Below, piece by piece: positions 1-8,152 of a DNA stretch of 38,964 nucleotides. Source of the DNA: Acidimicrobiia bacterium (GTDB taxonomy: Bacteria; Actinomycetota; Acidimicrobiia; IMCC26256; JACDBD01); NCBI GenBank assembly GCA_035316005.1, contig DATFXK010000218.1, forward strand, positions 1-38,964, read 5' to 3'. A program made the position numbers and the translations under genes. Below the pieces are notes generated by a model that saw only the letters and a program-made list of their open reading frames with translations, was not told where the DNA came from and ran no database searches. Position 1 is the first letter of the stretch. Each line of letters opens with the position of its first letter.

Positions 1-217
1 CGACGACCGCCGCTGCGATCCGATCTACCGCGGGCTGTTCCCCAGCCCACTCCGAGCTTTCCGGGGCGGCGCGCAACGCGTGCAGGGTTCGTGCCACAGC
101 TCGGTACTCGGGGGGCGCATCGCCGGCGTCCACCATCCCGGCCGCCAGCCGCTCGGCCGTGTCGGCGTCGAGCGCGAAGGGATCCATACCTGAAGGGAGA
201 CCGCCAGGAGGCGTCAT
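1..217 (-). CDS. Partial CDS (first 72 codons; continues past window start): hypothetical protein coupled to ECF sigma factor, possible anti-sigma factor
   Basis: Hand translation of the minus strand from ATG at 217 gives MTPPGGLPSGMDPFALDADTAERLAAGMVDAGDAPPEYRAVARTLHALRAAPESSEW... with no stop down to position 1. The ATG (217-215) overlaps the sigma-factor stop TGA (216-214) as ATGA. No HxxxCxxC zinc anti-sigma motif in the visible part; the role is positional inference. Confidence 0.4.
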   Translation of the reverse strand, partial: MTPPGGLPSGMDPFALDADTAERLAAGMVDAGDAPPEYRAVARTLHALRAAPESSEWAGEQPAVDRIAAAVV

Positions 218-786
218 GGTGTTACACCGCGGCGCTCGGGCGCCCACTCGGAGATCCGCTCGGCCAACCGCCTGAGCCCGCGGTGCTGGAGAACGCGGAC
301 GTTTCCGGGTCGCTTCTTCACGATCGCGGCGACCTCGTTGACGTCGAGGCCACCGACGACGCGCAGCAGGATCACCTCCGCTTGGTCCCGGGGCAAGGAG
401 GCCCTCACCGACGCCACCGCGGCGTCGGCGCTGAGCATTTCGAGCGCGGTCCCGGCGGGGTCGTCGTCTGCGGGCCGTTCGTGGAGGGCCTCGGGCGGCG
501 TGGCAACACTCGGCCTACGCGCCTCGCGCCGTCGCGAATCGATCAGTCGGTTCCTCGCGATCGTGAACATCCACGCGCGGAACTGTTGCTCGTCACCGCG
601 GAACATCGCGAGGTCTCGCGCGGCGACAAGCCATGTCTCGGCCGCGACGTCTTCGGCGACGGCGGGATCCAGCCCGCGTAGGAACCGCAGCAAACGCGGA
701 TGGAGCTCGTGCCACAAGATCGCGATCGCCCACTGCGCGCCCCCCTGCGCAGCCGCGAGCACAGGACCGAACTCGGTCGCGGCCAC
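214..786 (-). CDS. ECF-type RNA polymerase sigma-70 family factor
   Basis: 190-aa ORF with sigma region 2-like WHELHPRLLRFLRG...AEDVAAETWLVAARDLAMFRG...FRAWMFTIARNRLIDSRRRE and region 4 HTH-like LPRDQAEVILLRVVGGLDVNEVAAIVKKRPGNVRVLQHRGLRRLAE. GTG start. Confidence 0.9.
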   Translation of the reverse strand: MAATEFGPVLAAAQGGAQWAIAILWHELHPRLLRFLRGLDPAVAEDVAAETWLVAARDLAMFRGDEQQFRAWMFTIARNRLIDSRRREARRPSVATPPEALHERPADDDPAGTALEMLSADAAVASVRASLPRDQAEVILLRVVGGLDVNEVAAIVKKRPGNVRVLQHRGLRRLAERISEWAPERRGVTP

Positions 787-995
787 GTCAGCCGGTGGCG
801 AGTGATGTGGGGAGTTCGCGGACGAATGGGCTCATGTCGATGAACGCGTGTTGGACCGAATGCGGCGCGTTGGTTCGTGGAAGATACCCGTGACGTCGCG
901 CTCGCGCACGTGACGCATTTGCGCAGGATGGACGGGTCCGCACGCTTTGTGGTGAACGCGCCATTGACCGTGAGACCCGAGAAGCGCGGTGCGAC

Positions 996-1430
996 TCAGG
1001 ACTTCATCCAGCGGGGGAGGGTGACGTCCTCGACCTGGTGGAACACGACGCGCACCGGGTCGCCGATCGTGATCGTCGCGGGGTCGATCTCGTTGATCTC
1101 GCCGTCGGGGCCGTTGACGAGGTTCCCGACGAACCGGATCGTCGGGTCCTCCTCGAGCGCGACCACGATCACGTTGTAGGGCGCGAGCTCCTGGTACGCG
1201 GGCAGGAGTGGCGGGTGCGGGACGATGAACGACCAGATGGTCCCGCGTCCCGACATCGACTCCCAGCGGAGCTCGAGCGAACGGCAGCGCGGGCACATCG
1301 GCCGCGGCGGCATCCGGCGCAGGCCGCAGCTCTTGCACGTCTGGACGAGCAGCTCACCGCGCGCGCAGCCGGCCCAGAACTCGGCCGCGTCCGGGTCCTC
1401 CACGTCGGGCAGCAGGAACTGCGCTTCCAC
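996..1430 (-). CDS. DUF35 family Zn-ribbon / OB-fold protein (thiolase-associated)
   Basis: 144 aa. Four-Cys ribbon CKSCGLRRMPPRPMCPRC followed by an OB-fold-like segment (GTIWSFIVPH...YNVIVVALEE). GGAGG 7 nt upstream of the GTG start. Lies 4 nt downstream of the thiolase-like gene, the classic DUF35 pairing. Confidence 0.85.
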   Translation of the reverse strand: MEAQFLLPDVEDPDAAEFWAGCARGELLVQTCKSCGLRRMPPRPMCPRCRSLELRWESMSGRGTIWSFIVPHPPLLPAYQELAPYNVIVVALEEDPTIRFVGNLVNGPDGEINEIDPATITIGDPVRVVFHQVEDVTLPRWMKS

Positions 1431-1434
1431 GGCG

Positions 1435-2595
1435 TTACCTCCGGAGGAGGAGCGCGCTCGTGGGCACGCCCTCGCCGCTCGTGACGAGGCACGTCTCCGC
1501 CCCGTCGACCTGACTCGTCGAGGTGCCGCGCATCTGGCGGACGCCTTCGAGCACGAGGTTCAAGCCGTGCACGTACGCCTCCGACATGCCGCCGCCCGCG
1601 GTGTTCGTGGGCAGGCGGCCGTCGGGCCATTCGAGCGCGCCGTCGTCGGTGAACGCGGCGCCCTCGCCGCGGGCGCAGAACCCGTACCCCTCGAGCGAAA
1701 GGGGGATCAGCGGGCTGAACGCGTCGTAGATCTGCGCGACGGGCACGTCGGCGGGTGCCACGTCGGACTGCGCCCAGAGCCGCTCGGCGCACGCGTACGA
1801 CGGTCCGAGCAGCGGGTCGTCGTTGAAGTAGTTCGTCATCACTTGGTGCTGCTGCGGGATGCTCTGCGCGAACGCGTGCACGTACGCCGGTGGCTGAGGA
1901 AGGTCCTTCGCCCGCTCGGCCGAGACGATCACCACCGCCAGCGCGCCGTCGGTCTCGAGGCAGTTGTCGAACAGGCACAGTGGCTCGGAGATCCAGCGGG
2001 CGTTCATGTACTGCTCGCGGGTGAGCGGCTTCTCGTACATCGTTGCGGCCGGGTTGCGATTGGCGTGCTTGCGGAACGCAACGGCCACGTTGGCCAGGTG
2101 CTCGCGGGTCGCGCCGAACTCGTGCATGTATCGCCGCGTCAGAACGGCGATCTCGTCGACCGGGCGCAACAGGCCGAAGGGCCGGCTCCACCGCCAGTGA
2201 CCGGTGATGCGCCGGCTCACCTGCGACCAGGGGCGGCTCCCCTTGGCGGCGCGCTTGCGGGCCCGCCACGCCACCGCCACATTGCACTGGCCGGTGGCGA
2301 CGGCCATGGCGGCCTGGCCGACTGTGCCGCACCCGGCGCCGCCGCCGTACCCGACCTCGGAGAAGAACGTGATGTCACCCAGGCCGACGTTGCGCGCCAC
2401 GTCGACCTCGCGTCCGTCCTCCATCGAGAACATCGCCAGCCCGTCGACCTCGGCCGGTGCGATCCCCGCGTCGTCGAGGGCGGCCGAGATCGCCTGGCAC
2501 GCCAGCGACAGCTCGGAGTCGGGCAGCCCCTTCGCGAAGGCGGTCTGCCCGATGCCGACGATCGCGGTCCGATCGGCCAGCGGCCCGGCCATCAC
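1435..2595 (-). CDS. Thiolase-like protein (SCP-x / lipid-transfer-protein type)
   Basis: 386 aa. IVGIGQTAF N-terminus, candidate nucleophile Cys89 in GGGAGCGTVGQAA, C-terminal NTAGGGMSEAYVHGLN and ETCLVTSGEG typical of thiolase-fold enzymes. Start GTG 2595 or ATG 2592. Confidence 0.85.
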   Translation of the reverse strand: MMAGPLADRTAIVGIGQTAFAKGLPDSELSLACQAISAALDDAGIAPAEVDGLAMFSMEDGREVDVARNVGLGDITFFSEVGYGGGAGCGTVGQAAMAVATGQCNVAVAWRARKRAAKGSRPWSQVSRRITGHWRWSRPFGLLRPVDEIAVLTRRYMHEFGATREHLANVAVAFRKHANRNPAATMYEKPLTREQYMNARWISEPLCLFDNCLETDGALAVVIVSAERAKDLPQPPAYVHAFAQSIPQQHQVMTNYFNDDPLLGPSYACAERLWAQSDVAPADVPVAQIYDAFSPLIPLSLEGYGFCARGEGAAFTDDGALEWPDGRLPTNTAGGGMSEAYVHGLNLVLEGVRQMRGTSTSQVDGAETCLVTSGEGVPTSALLLRR

Positions 2596-2629
2596 CCGGC
2601 CCTCGAGGCGAGGCTCGTCCGCACGGCGG

Positions 2630-3451
2630 CTACCAGCCCTTGAACTCGGGGGGACGGCGCTCGATGAAGCTCGCTCGGCCCTCCTGCATGTCTTCGGTGC
2701 GGGTCACGAGCTCCTGGGCATACGCCTCGTCCCAGAACGAGCCGGCACGGTCGGTCTCGAGGGCACGGTTGGTGAGCCACTTCGTGAACGCGATGGCGCG
2801 GCTCGGCATCTTGGCGAGGCGGTCGGCCCACTCGGCGAGGGTCTTCTCGAGCTCGGCGCGGGGGACGATCTTGTTGGCGAGGCCGATGCGCTCGGCCTCG
2901 GCCGCGGGCACGTCGTCGCCGAAGAAGAAGAGCTCCTTCGCCTTCTGCGGGCCGACGAGACGCGTCAGCAGGTACGCGCCGCCGGCGTCGGGGATGATCG
3001 CGCGGCGGATGAACACCTCGATGAAGCGAGCCTCCTCGGCCATGATCACGAGGTCGCTGGCGAGGGCGAGGTGCATGCCGCCGCCGGCCGCCGTGCCGTT
3101 GACGCCCGCGATAACCGGCTTCTCGCAGTCGAGGACGGTTGCGATCAACCGCTGGAACCCGCGCTGGATCGTGCGCCCGCCGTCGCCGACGACCATGTCG
3201 GGCGCGCCCGGCGGGCGCTCCGGCGGTGTGCGCACCTCGCGCAGATCGGCGCCCGTGCAGAAGCCCTTCTCGCCGTTCCCCGTGATCACGACGGCGCGTA
3301 CCGAGTAGTCGACCGACGCGTGCTCGAGCCACTCGATGATCTGGTTTCGCATGGCAACGGTCATCGCGTTGCCGGCGTCGGGCCGGTTCAGCGTGATCCA
3401 GAGCACGCCGTCCTCCAACCGGCGCTGGACGTCCTCGATCGTCTCGTTCAT
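2630..3451 (-). CDS. Crotonase-fold enoyl-CoA hydratase/isomerase family protein (PaaG-like by eye)
   Basis: 273 aa. LNRPDAGNAM, FCTGADL, GVNGTAAGGGMHLALASDL, IIPDAGGAYLL. ATGA start/stop overlap with the upstream acyl-CoA synthetase gene at 3448-3451. Confidence 0.9.
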   Translation of the reverse strand: MNETIEDVQRRLEDGVLWITLNRPDAGNAMTVAMRNQIIEWLEHASVDYSVRAVVITGNGEKGFCTGADLREVRTPPERPPGAPDMVVGDGGRTIQRGFQRLIATVLDCEKPVIAGVNGTAAGGGMHLALASDLVIMAEEARFIEVFIRRAIIPDAGGAYLLTRLVGPQKAKELFFFGDDVPAAEAERIGLANKIVPRAELEKTLAEWADRLAKMPSRAIAFTKWLTNRALETDRAGSFWDEAYAQELVTRTEDMQEGRASFIERRPPEFKGW

Positions 3452-5589
3452 GTGCGCACCACCAGGGCATCGAGGGCGACCGCACCACGCGGCCGCACGA
3501 TCAACGGATTGATGTCGAGCTCACGCACGTCGCCGGCGAGGTCCATCGCCAGGCGCTGCACGTTCATGATGACATCGACGAGCGCGCCGACATCTGCCGG
3601 CTTCTGACCCCGCGCCCCGTCGAGCAGGGGGAAGCCCTTGAGCTCCCGCACCATGCGCCCGGCTTCGCCGCGGTCGAATGGCGGCACCCGGAAGGACACG
3701 TCCCGCAACACCTCGACGAAGACGCCACCGAGCCCGACCATCACGACCGGGCCGAACAGCGGGTCACGCGACACGCCGACCGCGGTCTCGACGCCGCCTT
3801 CCACCGTCTCGCAGACGAGCACGCCGTCGACGCGGCCGCGCTTGCCGGCGGCACGCCGTGCCTTGCGCATCAGGTCGTCGTAGGCGGCGCGGACCTCGCG
3901 CGCCGATCCGACGCCGAGGCGAACGAGCCCGAGATCGCTCTTGTGCGTGAGGTCGGGCGACGAGACCTTCATCACGACCGGGTATCCGACGCGCTTGGCC
4001 GCGTCGACCGCCTGCGCCGCGCTCTCGCAGAGCACGTCGCGGCTCGACCGCACTCCGTACGCCTTGAGCACCTGCTTCGACGCGAGCTCTGACAGCGCTT
4101 CGCCCCGCCCGGCGCCGTCGAGCGCGCGGCGCGCCTTGCCCGCGGCGGGCGAGGGCTCGGTGGGCGCGTCGTCGAAGGGGGAGCGGTAGCGCGCCGCGAA
4201 CTCCCAGTAGTCGACGTGCGCCCGCACCGCCTGCACGCAGTTGGCGAACGTGCGGAACACGGGCAGGCCGCTGTCGAGCAGCCGGAAGTAGAAGGTGTCG
4301 TCGGTCCCGGCCGGCGCTCCCCAGACCACGAAGATCGGCGTGTCGGTCGTCTTGGCCACGTCGACCAGGTCGCGCGTGAACGGCTCGCTGAACATCTCGA
4401 CGGCGCCGGTGATCGGGACGACGAGCAGATCGACGTTGGGGTCGGCGAGCACGAGATCGAGGATGCGGCGGCCCCGGGAGTCGGCGACGGGCGGGCCCCC
4501 GCAGTCGACGGGGTTCGACACGCGCAGGTAGCCGGGGATCAGCCCGTCGTGCAGCGCGCGCTGGGTCTCGCGGGTGAGCGCCGGGATCTCGAGCCCGGCC
4601 GCCGAGACCATGTCGGCTATGTGGGCACCGGTGCCGCCCGAGATCGCGTAGATGCCGACGCCGCCACCACGCGACGGGCTCGTCCGCGCGAACGCCGCCG
4701 ACGTGTCGAGGAGGTCGTCGAGACCTTCGGCGCGGGTGACGCCGAACTGCCGGAACACCGCCGACGTCACCGCGTCGGAGCCGGTGAGATGGCCCGTGTG
4801 CGCGATCGCCATCGACTGCCCCTCGTCGGTGCGACCGACCTTGACGATCACCATCGGCTTCTTCAGTCGGGCGGCGTGGTCGGCGGCGAGCATCAGCGTG
4901 CGGCCGTCCTTGAACCCCTCGATGTACGCCGCGATCACCCCGACCTCGGGCTGGTCGGCGAAGTAGCGGGCGAAATCGGCGAACTCGAGGTCCACCTCGT
5001 TGCCGGTCGGCGCCCAGTGCGTGAGACGGATGCCGATCTCCTGGCCCTGGAACACGGGGCGACCCTGATGGCCGCTCTGGGTGATCAGCGCGATGGACGG
5101 TCCGGTGAGGTCGGCGCGGAAGTCCTCGAAGGCGTTGAGGTTCGTGTTCGGCCCGAGCAGGCGCACGTCGCCGTCGCGCACGAGCTCGTCGAGACGGGCT
5201 TGCAGCTTCTCGCCGTCCTTCCCGGCCTCGGCGAAGCCGGCGGCGAAGATCACCGCGAACGCGGCCTTGCGCTGCAGCACCTCCTCGAAGGTGTCGACGG
5301 CCCGGCCGGTGAGGATGACGGCGAGGTCGAGGTCGCCGGGGACGTCGAACACGGTGGGGTAGCAGCGCTCGCCCAGCACCGCCTCGTGTGTCGGGTGCAC
5401 CGGGTAGAAGGTTGCGCCGTGGGCGTCGGCCCATCCCTTGATCTTGCGCGTCATCGCCGTGTTCGGCTTGCGGGACGCCTCGGACGCGCCGATCACCGCC
5501 ACGGTGCGCGGATGCAGGAACCGATCGAGGTCCACGTCGCGCAGCGCGAGGGCGCGGCCGCTCACATCGACGCGTGGAGAAGGAGACAA
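3448..5589 (-). CDS. ADP-forming acyl-CoA synthetase (acetate--CoA ligase family; CoA-binding + succinyl-CoA-synthetase-like + ATP-grasp domains)
   Basis: 713 aa. N-terminal CoA-binding VAVIGASE...KPNTAMTRK, central GPNTNLNAF...ITQSGH, C-terminal ATP-grasp-like LSELASKQVLKAYGV...YPVVMKVSSPDLTHKSDLGLV. TTG start preceded by GGAG 5 nt upstream; alternative GTG at 5565. Confidence 0.85.
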   Translation of the reverse strand: MSPSPRVDVSGRALALRDVDLDRFLHPRTVAVIGASEASRKPNTAMTRKIKGWADAHGATFYPVHPTHEAVLGERCYPTVFDVPGDLDLAVILTGRAVDTFEEVLQRKAAFAVIFAAGFAEAGKDGEKLQARLDELVRDGDVRLLGPNTNLNAFEDFRADLTGPSIALITQSGHQGRPVFQGQEIGIRLTHWAPTGNEVDLEFADFARYFADQPEVGVIAAYIEGFKDGRTLMLAADHAARLKKPMVIVKVGRTDEGQSMAIAHTGHLTGSDAVTSAVFRQFGVTRAEGLDDLLDTSAAFARTSPSRGGGVGIYAISGGTGAHIADMVSAAGLEIPALTRETQRALHDGLIPGYLRVSNPVDCGGPPVADSRGRRILDLVLADPNVDLLVVPITGAVEMFSEPFTRDLVDVAKTTDTPIFVVWGAPAGTDDTFYFRLLDSGLPVFRTFANCVQAVRAHVDYWEFAARYRSPFDDAPTEPSPAAGKARRALDGAGRGEALSELASKQVLKAYGVRSSRDVLCESAAQAVDAAKRVGYPVVMKVSSPDLTHKSDLGLVRLGVGSAREVRAAYDDLMRKARRAAGKRGRVDGVLVCETVEGGVETAVGVSRDPLFGPVVMVGLGGVFVEVLRDVSFRVPPFDRGEAGRMVRELKGFPLLDGARGQKPADVGALVDVIMNVQRLAMDLAGDVRELDINPLIVRPRGAVALDALVVRT

Positions 5590-5689
5590 GCAAGCTCCGA
5601 TTGCCGGCGATCAGGGCGCAAGGCCGATCAAGTATGACGTGAGAGTCAGGTTCCTGCGAGTTCCCGGTCGCCGGTAGCGTCCCCGCTTC

Positions 5690-6901
5690 GTGGCCCCGCA
5701 GCGCACGATCGTCGTCGTCGGCGCCTCTCTCGCGGGGCTGCGCGCGGCCGAGACGCTGCGCCGTGAGGGCTACGACGACCGGCTCGTGGTCGTCGGCGCC
5801 GAGTCGCACCTCCCGTACGACCGTCCGCCCCTCTCGAAGGAGCTGCTGGCGGGAGAGTGGGAGCCCGAGCAGATCGCGCTGCGCAAGCAGCCGTACGACG
5901 ACCTCGACCTCGACCTCCGACTCGGGCGGCGGGCCACGCGTCTCGACGTCGCCGACCGTGTGATCGAACTCGACGACGGCGGCGAGACGCTCCGGTTCGA
6001 CGGGCTCGTCGTCGCGACCGGCGCGCGCCCGCGCACGCTGCCCGGCACTCCCTCGCTCGACGGCATCTTCCTGCTCCGCACCCTCGACGACTGCCTCGCC
6101 ATTCGCGCCCGCCTCGATCGCCGTCCACGCGTCGTCGTGATCGGCGCCGGCTTCATCGGATCGGAGGTCGCGGCCACGTGCCGGGGACGCGGCCTCGACG
6201 TCACCGTGCTCGAGATGCTGGCGACGCCGTTGGAGCGGGCGGTCGGCCCGGTCGTCGGCGACGCGTGCGGGCGGCTGCATCGCGATCACGGCGTCGATCT
6301 CCGCTGCGGCGTGAAGGTGGCCGGGTTCGAGGGCGCCGAGCGCGTGGAACGCGTGCGGCTCGCGGACGGGAGCTCGATCGAGGCCGACGTTGTCGTCGTA
6401 GGCGTCGGCGTCCTTCCCGAGACGCGGTGGCTCGAGGGCAGCGGCCTCGCGTTGGACGACGGCGTGGTGTGCGACGAGACGTGCCTCGCCGCACCCGGGA
6501 TCGTCGCCGCCGGTGACGTGGCCCGGTGGCCGAACCCGCTGTTCGACGGGGAGCGCATGCGCGTCGAGCACTGGACCAACGCCACGGAGCAGGGCGTGGC
6601 CGCGGCGCGCCGTCTCCTCGTCGACGATCCGGCGGCGGAGGCGTTCGCGCCGGTGCCGTTCGTGTGGTCGGACCAGTACGACGTGAAGATCCAGGTGGTC
6701 GGGAGCATCCGCGGCGACGACGAGGTCACGGTCGCCGACGGATCCCTCGACGAGCATCGATTCGTGGCGTTGTTCGGTCGTGGCGGCCGTCTCGTCGGCG
6801 CGCTCGGGTTCAACCGGCCCCGAATCGTCATGCAGTACCGCAAGCTGATCGCCGAGCGCGCTTCCTGGGACGACGCGCTCGCGCATGCCGCCGCCCGATA
6901 G
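5690..6901 (+). CDS. FAD/NAD(P)H-dependent ferredoxin reductase (pyridine nucleotide-disulfide oxidoreductase family)
   Basis: 403 aa. Two Rossmann motifs VVVGASLAGLRAAETLR and VVIGAGFIGSEVAA, plus AAGDVARWP and HWTNATEQG typical of putidaredoxin/ferredoxin reductases. Confidence 0.85.
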   Translation: MAPQRTIVVVGASLAGLRAAETLRREGYDDRLVVVGAESHLPYDRPPLSKELLAGEWEPEQIALRKQPYDDLDLDLRLGRRATRLDVADRVIELDDGGETLRFDGLVVATGARPRTLPGTPSLDGIFLLRTLDDCLAIRARLDRRPRVVVIGAGFIGSEVAATCRGRGLDVTVLEMLATPLERAVGPVVGDACGRLHRDHGVDLRCGVKVAGFEGAERVERVRLADGSSIEADVVVVGVGVLPETRWLEGSGLALDDGVVCDETCLAAPGIVAAGDVARWPNPLFDGERMRVEHWTNATEQGVAAARRLLVDDPAAEAFAPVPFVWSDQYDVKIQVVGSIRGDDEVTVADGSLDEHRFVALFGRGGRLVGALGFNRPRIVMQYRKLIAERASWDDALAHAAAR

Positions 6902-8132
6902 CCGCTGGCGCCGCTCGACCCCGGGCGGCGACCATGAGCCCGTGGTCCCGCGTGAACGCCTCCTGACGCCGCGCTTCCTGCTCGTCGTGGCGGCAGGCCT
7001 CAGTTACTTCATGGCGATCGGGATGCTCATCCCCGTCATTCCCCAGTACGTGAAGGGGCCGCTCGCCGGCGGCAACGTGGGCGTGGGTGTCGCGGTCGGT
7101 GCGCTGTTCGTCGGCGCGATCCTGCTGCGACCGTACGCAGGACGTGTCGGCGACCGGCTCGGGCGGCGCGTTCTCATCATCGGCGGCGCGCTCATCGTCG
7201 CCGTCACGACGGCGTTCTACGGCGCCGTCGACGCGCTTCCGTTCCTCGTGGGGATCCGGCTCCTCACCGGCGTCGGCGAGGCGGCGTTCTTCGTCGGCGC
7301 CGCCACGATGATCACAGACCTCGCGCCGGAGCACCGCCGCGGCGAGGCGGTGAGCTACTGGTCGGTCGCCGTGTACGGCGGGCTCGCGTTCGGCCCCGCG
7401 GTGGGCGAGACCGTCCTCGGCGACGACCGGTTCGTCGCCGCGTGGGCCGTCTCGGCGTCGCTGGCGCTCCTAGCGGCCGTGCTCGGCACCATCACGGTCG
7501 AGACCGCCCGGCGCGTCCCCGCCGCGCCGCCCGGCAAGCTGCTCCACCGGGCCGCGCTCGCTCCGGGCACCGTGCTGTTTCTCGGGCTCGTCGGGCTGGC
7601 CGGATTCACGGCGTTCGTCCCGCTGTACGTGCGCGACCTCGGTCTCGGAGGCGCCGACGGCATCTTCCTCCTGTACGGCGGGCTCATCCTGTGCGTGCGA
7701 ATCGTGGGCGCGCGCCTGCCCGACGTCCTCGGCGGCCGCGTCGCGGCGACGATCGCGCTCTCCTGCGGCGCGGCCGGGCTGACGCTCATGGCCGGCTGGC
7801 CCACCGTGGCCGGGCTCGTCGCCGGCACCGCCGTGTTCGCGGCGGGGATGTCGCTCCTCTATCCCGCGCTCATGCTGCTGGCGCTCATGGCGGTGCCCGA
7901 CCACGAGCGCGGATCGGTCGTCGGCACCTTCAGCAGCTTCTTCGACCTCTCGCAGGGGCTCGGCGCGCTGATCCTCGGCGGCGTCGCGGCGGCGAGCGGG
8001 TATCGCGGCGCGTTCGCGGGCGGCGCCGTCGCCGCCGTCATCGGCGTCGTGCTGCTCCAGCTCGGCATCGGGCTCAGGGCGCGGGGCCGCGTCGACGCCA
8101 CCGCGGCGACCGCCGAGCGCGTCCCGGCGTAG
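6885..8132 (+). CDS. MFS transporter
   Basis: 415-aa ORF, about 12 hydrophobic segments, MFS loop motif RPYAGRVGDRLGRRVLIIGG. The real start may be the in-frame GTG at 6942, since the first 19 codons overlap the reductase gene. Confidence 0.8.
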   Translation: MPPPDSRWRRSTPGGDHEPVVPRERLLTPRFLLVVAAGLSYFMAIGMLIPVIPQYVKGPLAGGNVGVGVAVGALFVGAILLRPYAGRVGDRLGRRVLIIGGALIVAVTTAFYGAVDALPFLVGIRLLTGVGEAAFFVGAATMITDLAPEHRRGEAVSYWSVAVYGGLAFGPAVGETVLGDDRFVAAWAVSASLALLAAVLGTITVETARRVPAAPPGKLLHRAALAPGTVLFLGLVGLAGFTAFVPLYVRDLGLGGADGIFLLYGGLILCVRIVGARLPDVLGGRVAATIALSCGAAGLTLMAGWPTVAGLVAGTAVFAAGMSLLYPALMLLALMAVPDHERGSVVGTFSSFFDLSQGLGALILGGVAAASGYRGAFAGGAVAAVIGVVLLQLGIGLRARGRVDATAATAERVPA

Positions 8133-8152
8133 CGGTCGCGCGGTCGGCGCCG

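Noticed and set aside
835-865. Possible ECF-type promoter (minus strand CGAACC-N15-GTCCAA) upstream of the sigma factor gene
   Set aside because: The match to GGAAC-N16/17-CGTT-type ECF promoters is loose and unsupported by a second copy elsewhere in the window. It is kept only as a remark inside the sigma-factor finding.
3764-6886. 1040-aa minus-strand ORF, the longest in the track
   Set aside because: The translation is almost pure Arg/Ala/Gly/Pro/Asp low complexity with no recognisable motif. It runs out of frame through the well-supported acyl-CoA synthetase gene and antisense through the ferredoxin reductase, which has clear Rossmann motifs. This is a typical stop-codon-poor shadow frame in high-GC DNA.
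7442-8152. N-terminal 237 codons of the 618-aa ORF that ends as the glycosyltransferase
   Set aside because: This part is Arg-rich and overlaps the MFS transporter out of frame. The glycosyltransferase homology begins at the in-frame GTG 8153, directly after the MFS stop, so the long form is not credible. The same logic was applied to the long 5' extensions of ORFs 16697..17767, 18080..19477, 20162..22051, 20231..22093, 29209..30189 and 30190..30678.
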